Assembly (NCBI GenBank): GCA_046758965.1
Contig: JBHIBG010000011.1
Coordinates: 1-53,404 of the forward strand
Reading direction: 5' to 3'
Source: Candidatus Methylomirabilia bacterium
Lineage (GTDB): Bacteria > Methylomirabilota > Methylomirabilia > Rokubacteriales > CSP1-6
DNA: 53,404 bases
Below the pieces are notes generated by a model that saw only the letters and a list, made by a program, of their open reading frames with translations, ran no database searches and was not told the DNA's origin. Shown in pieces: positions 27,542 through 36,642 of this stretch. Position 1 is the stretch's first letter. Each line of letters begins with the position of its first letter. A program made the translations under genes and the position numbers.

Positions 27542-29305
27542 TCAGTACAGCGTGAAGTCCAGGGGACGGGAGAGGCGAAAGGCGAAGCGTTGCCTCCCGA
27601 TCTCCACGCCCAGCGTGTTCAGCTCGGACACCTCGAAGTCGGCGCTGAGGCTCCAGACCCGGAACCGGTAGGAAAGGTTCCCCCTGACCCCCTCGCGGTT
27701 CTGCTGGATGTCCTGGTCGCGCTCGACGAATCCCTCACCGTGGAAGAGCAGGGTCCCCAGGGTCGCGGAAGCCGTGGCAGTCAGAGACTGGACGAGAAAC
27801 CGCCCGCTCCGGTCCTCCCGCGTGGCCTCTTTCACCCCCTGGCGGCCCGTCAGCGACAGCACGAGCCACCCAAGGGCGCGGACTGCCACGCTTGCTTCGG
27901 CCAGGAAGCCGGTCTCATCGAGCGCGGTTCGGCCCCCGCCGGTGGACTCCTCCGTGAAGTACTCGCCGCTCCCCCTGGCTGTGAGCGAGGGGTGGGGGAT
28001 GACCTCCGCTGCGAGCCGGAAGCTGTGCCGCTCCCGTTCGCCGGCCCCCTCGTGGAGTTCCAGCGCATAGGTGCCGGTGAGCGTGGTGAGCGGCACGAGC
28101 AGGCTCACCACCCCGAGGGCCCCGCTGTGGCTCGTGAACGAGGGCTGCGCTCCCCCGACCTCGGTGAGAGCGAGGGAGTAGTTGGCGCTCAGCGTGTGGC
28201 GGGGAAGGATCGTGCTGACAGCCTGGAGGTTGCCCCTCTGGCTGACCGTCGTCTCCCGTCCGCCACCGGAGACTTGAAGCGAGTAGTCGCTTGCGGTTCT
28301 GAGGTGGTCGAAGGGCGCGGCACTCAGCCCCATGCCGCCGCCTCCGCTCCACGTCTCCGGTCCTCCGCCGGCGACGAGGGCTCCGTTGACAGACGATGTC
28401 AGCACCAGGTCAGGAGTAAAGCGCTTCGTGATCTGCCCATTCCCTGCCGAGGTGTGGGTCGTGACGTCTCCGCTTTGAACGAAAGCATACCTCAGCCCTG
28501 TACTCCCGTCGAGGGTAGGAGACAGCGGGCCGGTGAGTCTCAGATCCCCGCTTCCGCTCTGAATACCCGGGCGGGCCTCGTACTCGAACAGCGGGGTGAG
28601 GATGCCGCGCTCGCCCACGCGGATCCGGTCATCGTACCTGAGCAGGTGGCTCACGCCTTCTTCCGGGAGGGCGTCCACGGTCCCCCCGACCTCGGTCAGC
28701 TCGCCCGTGTAGTTCAGGGTGGGCTGGAAGCGCTCGAAGGGCTTGCGGAGCCTGAGGAGGAGCGTCGACCGGGTCACTTCCGAGAGGCCGGTGAAGAATT
28801 CGCTCTCGACGCTCTCACGCCTCAGGTCCACGAAGGTTTCCGGCAGTGGGCCCACACCCCGGTAGTTCCAGTTCGCGCCCAATCGGTCGGTTGTGATCGA
28901 GATCTCGCTCCGGTCGAAGCTGAAGTCGCTGATGGAACGGGAGGCGAGGAGACCGAAGGAGTGCGTGGACTCGGGGAGGATGCTCAGATTCAGCAAATAG
29001 GGCTCGAGGGTGAGCGACCGGCTCTCCCCGCCCTCGAATTGGGTCCGCTGGTCGGCGAAGGAGCCGCCGAAGGAGAAGAGCAGGATTCGCGGGTCCAGGA
29101 TGTACCCACCCAGGCTCGGAGCGTAACGGCTCCCCCATGAGAGCGTTCGGAACGACTCGTCGCCGACTCTCAGAGTGTCCATGCTCACGTTGCTGTCAAT
29201 CCGGCCCGTGAGGCGCACCCCCGCGACCTGGGCCACCGCGAGCCCCGGCGCGGCAAGGAGAATCGCTGCCATTCCTCCGGCCGCCAGAACAAGATGCGCC
29301 CTCAC
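27542..29305 (-). CDS. Putative large outer-membrane beta-barrel (porin of a porin-cytochrome or secretion conduit)
   Basis: Signal peptide, alternating amphipathic strands throughout, no Cys, C-terminal aromatic residue (LDFTLY). Start uncertain (GTG 29305; ATG 29383 or 29272). Confidence 0.8.
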   Translation of the reverse strand: MRAHLVLAAGGMAAILLAAPGLAVAQVAGVRLTGRIDSNVSMDTLRVGDESFRTLSWGSRYAPSLGGYILDPRILLFSFGGSFADQRTQFEGGESRSLTLEPYLLNLSILPESTHSFGLLASRSISDFSFDRSEISITTDRLGANWNYRGVGPLPETFVDLRRESVESEFFTGLSEVTRSTLLLRLRKPFERFQPTLNYTGELTEVGGTVDALPEEGVSHLLRYDDRIRVGERGILTPLFEYEARPGIQSGSGDLRLTGPLSPTLDGSTGLRYAFVQSGDVTTHTSAGNGQITKRFTPDLVLTSSVNGALVAGGGPETWSGGGGMGLSAAPFDHLRTASDYSLQVSGGGRETTVSQRGNLQAVSTILPRHTLSANYSLALTEVGGAQPSFTSHSGALGVVSLLVPLTTLTGTYALELHEGAGERERHSFRLAAEVIPHPSLTARGSGEYFTEESTGGGRTALDETGFLAEASVAVRALGWLVLSLTGRQGVKEATREDRSGRFLVQSLTATASATLGTLLFHGEGFVERDQDIQQNREGVRGNLSYRFRVWSLSADFEVSELNTLGVEIGRQRFAFRLSRPLDFTLY

Positions 29306-29491
29306 CCCTTGACCCCCGAGCAATCCGCCTCTTCCGAGGACATCCCCGTGGGCGGAAGCACTGGCCCACCACCGGAGGGCCATTATCCGTGGATGCCCGG
29401 CAGGGGTCCAACGATATTCCCCGGCTGGCGCGAGCCGTCTACGCCAGATCCGTCATCTGGATTGAGGCGGCATGCTGGCACCTCTCCCGGC

Positions 29492-30226
29492 TCATTCATC
29501 CTTCCTGTGGCAGGACAGGCAGAGGGCGCTCCCGGAGTTCGACACGCGGAGAAAAGTCTGGGTATCGGCCCGGTGGGGGTCGTGGCAGGAGCCGCACTCC
29601 ACCCGCCCCTCGTAGAGGGGGAGACTGTTCTTCGGGGGGTCGTAGAAGCCGGTGGCGAAATCGTTGGTGAGGCTCGTGCTGCTCGGGCTCCTGGCGCTGC
29701 TGTAACCCATGGAGATCGGGTGGTCGTTGGAGAGGTCCTGGCCCAGGTTGGTGACGCGGCCCGCCGGCATCTTCTTGTCGGGGGAGTTGGTGAAGGTCCA
29801 CGCGGTCACGCCGTCCTTGCTGGGGCTGGCGCTGAACCCTCCCGGGCCGGGGAGGTTCCGGAGGGCGTCGAAGGCGATCGTTCCATCATGGCAAGAGAGG
29901 CACGCCAGCGACACCCCCACCGGCACGCCCTCGGCCGTCGCATCGAAGGTCTGGCTCGAGTACATCGTGTAGCCCGTGGTATTGACCGCCCGGTTCCAGA
30001 GCGGCGCCTTCACGCTGGCGTCGGCTCCGTGGGGCGTATGGCAGAAGACGCAGACCTCGCTGGTCCCCGAGGTCTTGATGTCCCCGGTGGGCGATTGGCC
30101 CACGCCCGCGGCCAGGTTGTGCTTGGTGTCGAGGATCCCCTGCGCCCACGCCTCCACCGCGCCGGCCACAAGGACCAGGGCCGCGGCGAAGATCAGAAGC
30201 GATGTCAGAAGGCGCCGACGGCTCAT
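29492..30226 (-). CDS. omcE: OmcE-like tetraheme cytochrome c (putative nanowire subunit), copy 2
   Basis: TKHNL, VCVFCHTPH, PLWNR, CLSCHDG, NLGQDLSNDHP, LPLY, VECGSCHDPH, FLR..N.GSALCLSCH.K: the motif order recalled for Geobacter OmcE. Confidence 0.85.
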   Translation of the reverse strand: MSRRRLLTSLLIFAAALVLVAGAVEAWAQGILDTKHNLAAGVGQSPTGDIKTSGTSEVCVFCHTPHGADASVKAPLWNRAVNTTGYTMYSSQTFDATAEGVPVGVSLACLSCHDGTIAFDALRNLPGPGGFSASPSKDGVTAWTFTNSPDKKMPAGRVTNLGQDLSNDHPISMGYSSARSPSSTSLTNDFATGFYDPPKNSLPLYEGRVECGSCHDPHRADTQTFLRVSNSGSALCLSCHRKDE

Positions 30227-30253
30227 CGCACTCTCTCCCTAACTTGGGAGCGA

Positions 30254-30269
30254 TGCAATGATCGTTCCT
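30254..30269 (-). promoter_or_regulatory. Possible internal sigma54 promoter for the second OmcE-like gene
   Basis: AGGAACGATCATTGCA (GG-N10-GC) about 28 bp upstream of the start. Confidence 0.5.
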
Positions 30270-30375
30270 TTTGCGGCGTTCCGACGGACGGCGGCGCAGC
30301 CCGAAATCCGGCATATTGACCGAGGGCAACCGACAGAAGAATCGCGACCAGCCGGACGCTGCCGGAAAGGAAGGT

Positions 30376-30405
30376 CCGGGGCCGGAAGCGAGCTTCCGGC
30401 CCCGG
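30376..30405 (-). terminator. Strong hairpin (terminator or mRNA stabiliser) after the first OmcE-like gene
   Basis: Perfect 13-bp stem CCGGGGCCGGAAG-cgag-CTTCCGGCCCCGG with a pyrimidine-rich tail on the - strand. Confidence 0.7.
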
Positions 30406-30432
30406 GTTCGAGGACGCTGTCAGCTCACCCGC

Positions 30433-31185
30433 TCACACGTTCTTCTTGTGGCAGGTCAGGCAGAGGTCGCTATTATCGTTCGCCTTCCTGAGGAAGGTCT
30501 TGGTATTGGCCCGGTGCGGGTCGTGGCAGGTCCCGCACTGGACTAAGCCGCTGTAGAGCGGGAGTTCGCCGCTCACATAGCCGTTCGCCGCCGCGGTGAA
30601 GCCGGTGGCGTGGTCGTTGGTGCCGCTCGCCGAGCTGGGGCTCTTGGCGTCGCTATAGACCATGGAAACCGGGTGATCGTCTCGCAGATCTGTGCCGAGT
30701 AGCGTGATGCCGCGCCCGCTCATGTTCGTGATGCCGCCAGCCCACGTCCAGTTCGCACTGGGGGCATTCGCGTCAAAGCCGCCGGAGCCCGGCAGGTTTC
30801 TCAGGGCGTCGAAGGCGATCGTACCGTCGTGGCACGAGAGGCAAGCTGCGGAGACGCCCGTGGGCCCGCTCGTGGTCGCGTCAAGGGTCGGGCTGGTGTA
30901 CAACTGATAGCCCGTGGTGGTGATCGCCGCCCGGTTCCAGAGCGGTGCCGTGACGCTGGTGTCGGCCCCGTGGGGCGTATGGCAGAAGACGCAGACCTCG
31001 CTGGTCCCCGCCGTCAGGTAGATCTCCTGGGCCCCGGCCGCGCGGTTGGCCCCGGTCCCGGCGTTGGTCGAGAGGTTGTGCTTGGTGTCCAGGATCCCCT
31101 GGGCCCAGGCCCCGCCCACTGCGGCGAGCACGAGCGCCCCGGCCGCGACGAGGATGATCAGAAATCCTCGGGATGTCCGCCTCAT
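30433..31185 (-). CDS. omcE: OmcE-like tetraheme cytochrome c (putative nanowire subunit), copy 1
   Basis: Start ATG 31185 with AAGGAGG RBS; CVFCH, CLSCH, CGTCH and CLTCH with TKHNLS, PLWNR, GTDLRDDHP, FLR. Confidence 0.85.
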   Translation of the reverse strand: MRRTSRGFLIILVAAGALVLAAVGGAWAQGILDTKHNLSTNAGTGANRAAGAQEIYLTAGTSEVCVFCHTPHGADTSVTAPLWNRAAITTTGYQLYTSPTLDATTSGPTGVSAACLSCHDGTIAFDALRNLPGSGGFDANAPSANWTWAGGITNMSGRGITLLGTDLRDDHPVSMVYSDAKSPSSASGTNDHATGFTAAANGYVSGELPLYSGLVQCGTCHDPHRANTKTFLRKANDNSDLCLTCHKKNV

Positions 31186-31199
31186 GGTTGTCCCTCCTT

Positions 31200-32264
31200 T
31201 CAGTGCTTTGCCGCCGTAGGCTTCTTGGTCCTGGCCCAGTAGACCATCCCCATGTACTGGAAGACCTGAACCCTGCGGTTGTACTGGTCCACGATGTAGA
31301 TCCGGTCCTCCTCGTCGATGTGCATGCCCGCCGGGAGCCAGAACTCTCCGGCGCCCGTTCCCATCTGGCCGACGAAGAGGAGCAGCTCCTTCTCCTGGTT
31401 GAAGACCTGGAAGTTGTTGAACGCGGCGTCGACGACGTAGATGTGGCCCTCCGAGTCCACCGCCACCCCCTTGGGCCGGGCCAACTGGCCGAGGTTCGCC
31501 CCGATCTCGCCGAAGCTCAGGACGGGCTTCCCGTCCAGGTCGAAGACCTGGACCCTGAAGTTCATCGTGTCGCTGACGTAGAGCCGCCCCGCTCTGAGAA
31601 ACAGGTGGGTGGGGAAGTTGAACTTCCCTGGCTTGGTTCCCCGCCCGCCGAATTCGAAGAGGAACTTCCCGCTGACGCTGTCGTAGACCCGGATCTTGTG
31701 CCGGCCAGTATCGGTCACGTAGAGGCGGCCCGACTTCCGGTCGACGGCGAGGCCGCTCGGGGAGTAGAACTCGTCCTTCTTGCCGATGGCCAGCACGACC
31801 TTCCCCGACTCGTCGAAGCCGAACACCCGGTCGAGTTTGGCGTCGGCGACGAAGACCACCCCGCGGCTGTCGACCGCCACGCCGGAGGGCGTGGCCAGGC
31901 GCAGCTGACCCCCGTCCCCGAGGAAGCGCACCTCCTTCTTCTCGCGGTCGAACACCCATACCAGGCCCCCGCCGGTGTCGGTGACGTAGACCCGGCCCTT
32001 GGCGTCTGTGGTGACGGCGTAGGGCTTGCCCAGGCGGGTGAGAGACTTGCGGTCAGGGCCGAGAAGCAACTCCTTAAGCCGCTCGCTCCCCTGGCCCCCG
32101 AAGTGTCCGCGTCGCTCGAACGCCTCCACATATTTCACCCGGGGTGTCTCCGGGGCGACCGGCCAAACCAGCTCCACGGGCGGTCGCGGGGCAGCTGTCG
32201 CGCACCCCGTCAGCAACAGGAGTGCGCCCAGTAGCGCGTCACGGCCTCGGGCGATTCCGTTCAA
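31200..32264 (-). CDS. NHL-repeat beta-propeller lipoprotein
   Basis: Lipobox LLTGC, WPVAPETPR, NHL repeats. TTG 32264 preferred because it has a GGAGG RBS and ATG 32303 falls inside the sigma54 motif. Confidence 0.9.
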   Translation of the reverse strand: MNGIARGRDALLGALLLLTGCATAAPRPPVELVWPVAPETPRVKYVEAFERRGHFGGQGSERLKELLLGPDRKSLTRLGKPYAVTTDAKGRVYVTDTGGGLVWVFDREKKEVRFLGDGGQLRLATPSGVAVDSRGVVFVADAKLDRVFGFDESGKVVLAIGKKDEFYSPSGLAVDRKSGRLYVTDTGRHKIRVYDSVSGKFLFEFGGRGTKPGKFNFPTHLFLRAGRLYVSDTMNFRVQVFDLDGKPVLSFGEIGANLGQLARPKGVAVDSEGHIYVVDAAFNNFQVFNQEKELLLFVGQMGTGAGEFWLPAGMHIDEEDRIYIVDQYNRRVQVFQYMGMVYWARTKKPTAAKH

Positions 32265-32291
32265 GGGCTGGCCCCCTCCGCGCTGCCGTTT

Positions 32292-32307
32292 TGCAAAGAC
32301 CATTCCG
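32292..32307 (-). promoter_or_regulatory. Sigma54 promoter of the NHL-omcE-porin operon
   Basis: CGGAATGGTCTTTGCA on the - strand; partial IHF core AATCAA at 32329-32334. Confidence 0.7.
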
Positions 32308-32391
32308 ATCTCGGGAGCGTGGAGATGTTTGATTTGCTGCGCTGTTAGCGAGCGGGGGGAAGGAGCAGCGATCGAAACGGATCAGGAATGG

Positions 32392-32427
32392 GGGACTTTT
32401 CCCCTCAGACGTGGGGGAAATTCCTCA
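32392..32427. promoter_or_regulatory. Tandem palindromic enhancer overlapping the regulator stop codon
   Basis: gggacttttcccctca-gacg-tgggggaaattcctca. Confidence 0.75.
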
Positions 32428-33822
32428 GTCCCCGTCTTCCTCAGCTCTGTGCCCGAGCCCGAACTTTTTTGCCCGGTAACGGAGCTCGTCTCGCGTCAGG
32501 CCCAGGAGCCGGGCCGCGCGGGTCTGGTTTCCCCGGGTCAGCTGCAGGGCCTGGCGGACGAAATCCCGCTCGACCTCCTCCAGAACGACCCCTGTCTCCG
32601 GGAGCTGGAACTTCGGAGCCTCAATTCCCGGCTCCGGGGAGGCGGTCAGCCGGGCGATCTCGGGTGGCAGGTGGGCCGGAAGGAGCTTTCCGGCGTCCTC
32701 CAAGATCATGGCGCGCTCGATCACGTTCCTGAGCTCCCGCACGTTGCCGGACCAGTCGTGCTGGAGGAGGAGCCGCTCAGCCTCGGGGGAGAGGCGGGGG
32801 AGCCGCTTCTTGAACTCCCGGCTGAAATGCTCCAGAAAGTGGACTGCCAGGAGCGGGATGTCCTCCCGGCGCTCCCGGAGGGGCGGGATGATGATCGTGA
32901 GCACCTGGAGGCGGTAGTAGAGGTCCTTGCGGAAGCTGCCATCCTCGACGGCCTCCCGGAGGTTCCTGTTGGTCGCGGCGATCACGCGGATGTCCACGGC
33001 GATGTCCTTGGTGCCGCCGACCCGGCGGAAGCGCCGCTCTTCGAGGACCCTCAAGAGCTTGGCCTGGAGCCCCCCGGTCATGTCCCCGATCTCATCCAGG
33101 AAGAGCGTTCCCCCCTGCGCGAGCTCGACGAGGCCCTTCTTCTGGGTCTTGGCGTCGGTGAAGGCTCCGCGCTCGTGGCCGAAGAGCTCGGACTCCAGCA
33201 AGGTCTCCGGCATGGCGGTGCACGCGATCTCCATGAACGGCTCCTCAGCCCGCACGCTCTCATAGTGGATGGCCTTGGCGAGCAGGTCCTTGCCCGTGCC
33301 GCTCTCACCCTGGATGAGCACTGTGGTGGCCTCGCTCCGCGCCACCTTGCGGGCGAGCGTGATGACCTCTTGAATAGGCTGGCTCGTTCCCACGATCCGG
33401 TCGAAGCGGTAGGGGTAGAGATGTTTCTCGCTGAGGAGCCGGACCTTCTGCTTGAGCTGGCTGGTCTCAAGCGCGTTGCGGACAGTGACGGCCAGGTTCT
33501 CGAAGTCGATCGGCTTGGGAAGGTAGTCGTAGGCCCCCAGCTTCATGGCCTCCACCGCTGTGCCGACATCCGCATAGGCGGTCATGATGAGGATCTGCAG
33601 CTGAGGGGAGAGTTCCTTGAGCTGGCCGAGCACCTGGAGGCCGTCGGTGTCGGGGAGCTTGAGGTCCAGGAGAACCAGGTCCGGCGCATCTTCGCGGACC
33701 GCCGCCAGCGCCGCCTCGCCTGTCGGGGCGGTGGAGACCTCGTAGCCACCCTTGGCCAGGGTTTGCTCGAGGGACCAGCGGATCAGCCGTTCATCGTCAA
33801 CGATGAGAAGCTTCGATGGCAT
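32425..33822 (-). CDS. Sigma54-dependent response regulator (NtrC/AtoC family)
   Basis: REC domain, GESGTGKD, ESELFGHERGAFTDA, GNVRELRN, Fis-type HTH. Confidence 0.95.
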   Translation of the reverse strand: MPSKLLIVDDERLIRWSLEQTLAKGGYEVSTAPTGEAALAAVREDAPDLVLLDLKLPDTDGLQVLGQLKELSPQLQILIMTAYADVGTAVEAMKLGAYDYLPKPIDFENLAVTVRNALETSQLKQKVRLLSEKHLYPYRFDRIVGTSQPIQEVITLARKVARSEATTVLIQGESGTGKDLLAKAIHYESVRAEEPFMEIACTAMPETLLESELFGHERGAFTDAKTQKKGLVELAQGGTLFLDEIGDMTGGLQAKLLRVLEERRFRRVGGTKDIAVDIRVIAATNRNLREAVEDGSFRKDLYYRLQVLTIIIPPLRERREDIPLLAVHFLEHFSREFKKRLPRLSPEAERLLLQHDWSGNVRELRNVIERAMILEDAGKLLPAHLPPEIARLTASPEPGIEAPKFQLPETGVVLEEVERDFVRQALQLTRGNQTRAARLLGLTRDELRYRAKKFGLGHRAEEDGD

Positions 33823-35125
33823 TTTCGTGACTCCGGGCCGTGGCCTCGGCTGGTACCGGGAGGGTGATGTGAAACGTGGAGCCCTTCCCGGGTGTGCTCT
33901 CTACTCTGATCTGCCCCCCGTGCTGCTCCACGAGACGGGCGGCAATCGCCAGGCCGAGGCCGGTGCCGTGGGCCTTGGTGGTGAAGAACGGCTGAAAGAT
34001 CCTGGAGAGGTCCTCCTGCGCGATGCCCGGGCCGGTGTCGGCGATGGCAACCTCCGCGACTTCCCCCTTTCCGGAGGGATTCCGGCGGAGGCGACTGCTG
34101 ACCGTGAGCCGCCCGCCGTTGGGCATAGCCTGGCGGGCGTTGACCAGGACGTTGAGGAAGGCTTGGTGGAGCAGGTTGGGATCCAGGCGGAGGAGCGGGA
34201 GGTCAGGCTGAAGGTCTTTGACGAGCTCGATCCTCGTCCCCGAAGCCATGGGGAGGAACCAGAGGCTCCGCTCCACCACCTCGTTCACGTTCAAGGGAAG
34301 GCGCCGAGGCTCGGGAGGCCGGGCGTGCCAGAGCAGGTCGGTGAGCGTTTTGTTCATGCGCGCGATCTGGGCCTGGATCTCCGCGAGCAAGGCGTGCTGG
34401 GGGTCATCGCCGGGGAGGCGACCGGTCAGAACGTGAAGCGCACCCGAGATGCCGGCCAGGGGGTTCCTCAGATCGTGGGCCAGCCCGGCGGCCAGCTCCC
34501 CCACCGTCGCCAGCCTGTCGGACCGGACGAGCTGCTCCTGGGCCTCCTTGAGGTGGTGTTGCTGGGCTAGGAGCTCTTGGTTGAGCTGCTCCACGAGCCG
34601 CCGCTCCCGCCGCTCCCGCCCGGCCACGACCCCCATGCAGAGGCCGACCAGGAAAAAGAAGCCGGTCCGGAGGGTGAGATCGCCCAGGTAGATCGGTGGC
34701 GGCCAGACGTCGACGAAGGGATACAGGAGGGTGGCGAGGCCAGCGACAGCCACGCCTGTGGCCAGGCCGAAGTAGAAGGCGTGGAGCGCGATGAGGAGGT
34801 AGAACGCCAGGTAGAAGTTGCTGGCCATCCCTCCCGTGATCCTCACCAGGATGAAGATAAAGGCGAAGTCGAGGACCATCGCCCCGCGATAGAGCAGCCG
34901 AAGCCGGCCGGGGCTGAGCATGTTTACCAGGTAGAGGAGCAGGCTGTAGGCGGCGAAGGTCGCAAGGAGCCACACGAGCTGGAGGCGAGGCTCCTGATCC
35001 AGCGGATGCACCACCCACCACACCGCGCCTCCGAGCAGCGCCGCTCCTCGCAAGGCCAGCAACCAGAGGTCCAGCGGATCCAGGCCCCACCGGAGGCCGC
35101 GCCAGCGTCGATGGGATTCGGTCAT
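33797..35125 (-). CDS. Sensor histidine kinase with a multi-TM intramembrane sensing domain
   Basis: AHDLRNPL, N box, [20 protein letters not shown]. Confidence 0.95.
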   Translation of the reverse strand: MTESHRRWRGLRWGLDPLDLWLLALRGAALLGGAVWWVVHPLDQEPRLQLVWLLATFAAYSLLLYLVNMLSPGRLRLLYRGAMVLDFAFIFILVRITGGMASNFYLAFYLLIALHAFYFGLATGVAVAGLATLLYPFVDVWPPPIYLGDLTLRTGFFFLVGLCMGVVAGRERRERRLVEQLNQELLAQQHHLKEAQEQLVRSDRLATVGELAAGLAHDLRNPLAGISGALHVLTGRLPGDDPQHALLAEIQAQIARMNKTLTDLLWHARPPEPRRLPLNVNEVVERSLWFLPMASGTRIELVKDLQPDLPLLRLDPNLLHQAFLNVLVNARQAMPNGGRLTVSSRLRRNPSGKGEVAEVAIADTGPGIAQEDLSRIFQPFFTTKAHGTGLGLAIAARLVEQHGGQIRVESTPGKGSTFHITLPVPAEATARSHENAIEASHR

Positions 35126-35146
35126 GACGGCCTCGACTCTGCAGCG

Positions 35147-36097
35147 TCAGTTCGGCGCTTGACGTTGTCCACCTTCATTCCCTGCTTGGTCATCGAGGGC
35201 GCGTCCAGGGACTTGTTGATCCCGGCCCTTGGCCTCGGCAATCATGGCCCGCGCCCGCTGAGCGTCCTCTCCCGAGGGGATCAGCACGAGAAACGCCTCC
35301 CACGCCTCGACGGCTCCGGCGTAGTCCTGCCTCGCGTGATAGAGAATGTTGGCCTTGTCCCAGTGGGCGTGGGCGTAGGTCGGGTCCAGGGCCAGGGCCC
35401 TGTCGAGATGGGAGAGGGCCTGGTCAACGTGCCCGCTCGAGAAGAGCAGGAGCCCGGTGTGGGTGATGGCCTCCACATTGTCGGGCTCCAGGGTCAGGAC
35501 CTCTCTGTATGCCGAGATGGCCTGTGCCAGCTCTCCTTCGTCAAGGGCGAGGTGACCTAAGGCGAGGAGCTTCTTCACGTCGGTCGGGTTGGCCCGAACG
35601 TCTCGTGCAAGCTCGGCGAGTCGATCCGAGGACGATCGCTTCGGTGGAGGCGGGGACGGCCAGGTCAGGAGTCCGGAAAGGAAGAGGCCGAGCCCGAGGC
35701 CGAACAGAAGGAGGAGCACTGCTCCTCCCGCCAGGACGGGAGGCCGCGGCAACCGCTCTCGGCGGGGCTCAGCCGAGGGCCGCTCCTGCCTGGCACGGCT
35801 GGGGGGTGGTGTTGTCCGGTCCGCCTCCAGCGCCTCGATACGGGAGAGCAGAGCAGCAGCCGCTTGCTCCAGGTCTGCCTTCAGGCGCGAATGGTCCTCG
35901 GGGGAGAGCTTGCCTGCGGCCATGTCCTCATCAAGCTCGGCCAGGCCCTGGTAGCGGGCCTCCAGCTCCTGCCTGAGCTCGGCTGCCGGCTCGGAACGGG
36001 ACGGAGGGCCCAGCCCCGTCCTGCTCCGGAGAAATGGCCAGGCCGCCAGGGCTCCGGCAACGAGGGCCAGCCCCACAATGACCGCGGTGATCTCCAT
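35147..36097 (-). CDS. ccmI: Cytochrome c maturation TPR protein CcmI/CycH
   Basis: N-terminal TM, ELDED...GKLS motif, second TM, TPR repeats; follows ccmF-ccmH. Confidence 0.8.
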   Translation of the reverse strand: MEITAVIVGLALVAGALAAWPFLRSRTGLGPPSRSEPAAELRQELEARYQGLAELDEDMAAGKLSPEDHSRLKADLEQAAAALLSRIEALEADRTTPPPSRARQERPSAEPRRERLPRPPVLAGGAVLLLLFGLGLGLFLSGLLTWPSPPPPKRSSSDRLAELARDVRANPTDVKKLLALGHLALDEGELAQAISAYREVLTLEPDNVEAITHTGLLLFSSGHVDQALSHLDRALALDPTYAHAHWDKANILYHARQDYAGAVEAWEAFLVLIPSGEDAQRARAMIAEAKGRDQQVPGRALDDQAGNEGGQRQAPN

Positions 36098-36106
36098 CGG
36101 CGTGAG

Positions 36107-36565
36107 TTACCCGTTCTTCCGTTCTTCCATATCCCGCCTGACGCGCGCCAGGTAGGCGGGATCCACTTCCGGAGCGGTGCCGGGCGACCGTTTGACCCAG
36201 CGCCGGAGGAGCAGGAAGCTCCCGGCCAGCCCGCCCACGAGACCCAGGAACGGAGCGATCCAGGCTAGCAGGGGAAAGCCCCGCGGGGGCGGGAGTAGAA
36301 GGATCCACTCGCCGTACCGCTCGACGAAGTAGGCTTTGACGGCCTCCGGCCTCTCCCCCTGGCGCAGGCGCTCTCGGATCAGGTCCCGCATCTGCCTGGC
36401 CATCTCCGAGGGAGAGTCAGCAACAGAGAGGTTCTGGCACACGGGGCAGCGCAGCTCGGCTGCCAGGGAGTGGACCCGAGCTTCGAGCGCGTCCTTTTCC
36501 GCCAGGACCACCCCGGGAAACCCGGCCAGCAGAAGAAAGAGCGCAAGGCCCACCAGCGGCCTCAC
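36107..36565 (-). CDS. ccmH: Cytochrome c maturation protein CcmH
   Basis: LRCPVCQNLSVADS, YFVERYGEWILL.P; GTG 36565 with GGAGG RBS (alternative ATG 36646). Confidence 0.92.
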   Translation of the reverse strand: MRPLVGLALFLLLAGFPGVVLAEKDALEARVHSLAAELRCPVCQNLSVADSPSEMARQMRDLIRERLRQGERPEAVKAYFVERYGEWILLLPPPRGFPLLAWIAPFLGLVGGLAGSFLLLRRWVKRSPGTAPEVDPAYLARVRRDMEERKNG

Positions 36566-36642
36566 GCCTGGCCTCCCTCTGTCCGCAGGAGCGAGGAGCG
36601 TCACCGGCAGGAGGACCAGGATGGCCACTGGGATGAGCCGCC

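Noticed and set aside
31186..31959. 508-aa ORF suggesting a long N-terminal extension on the OmcE-like protein
   Set aside because: It is an off-frame overlap with the NHL gene; the real start at 31185 has a strong RBS and signal peptide.
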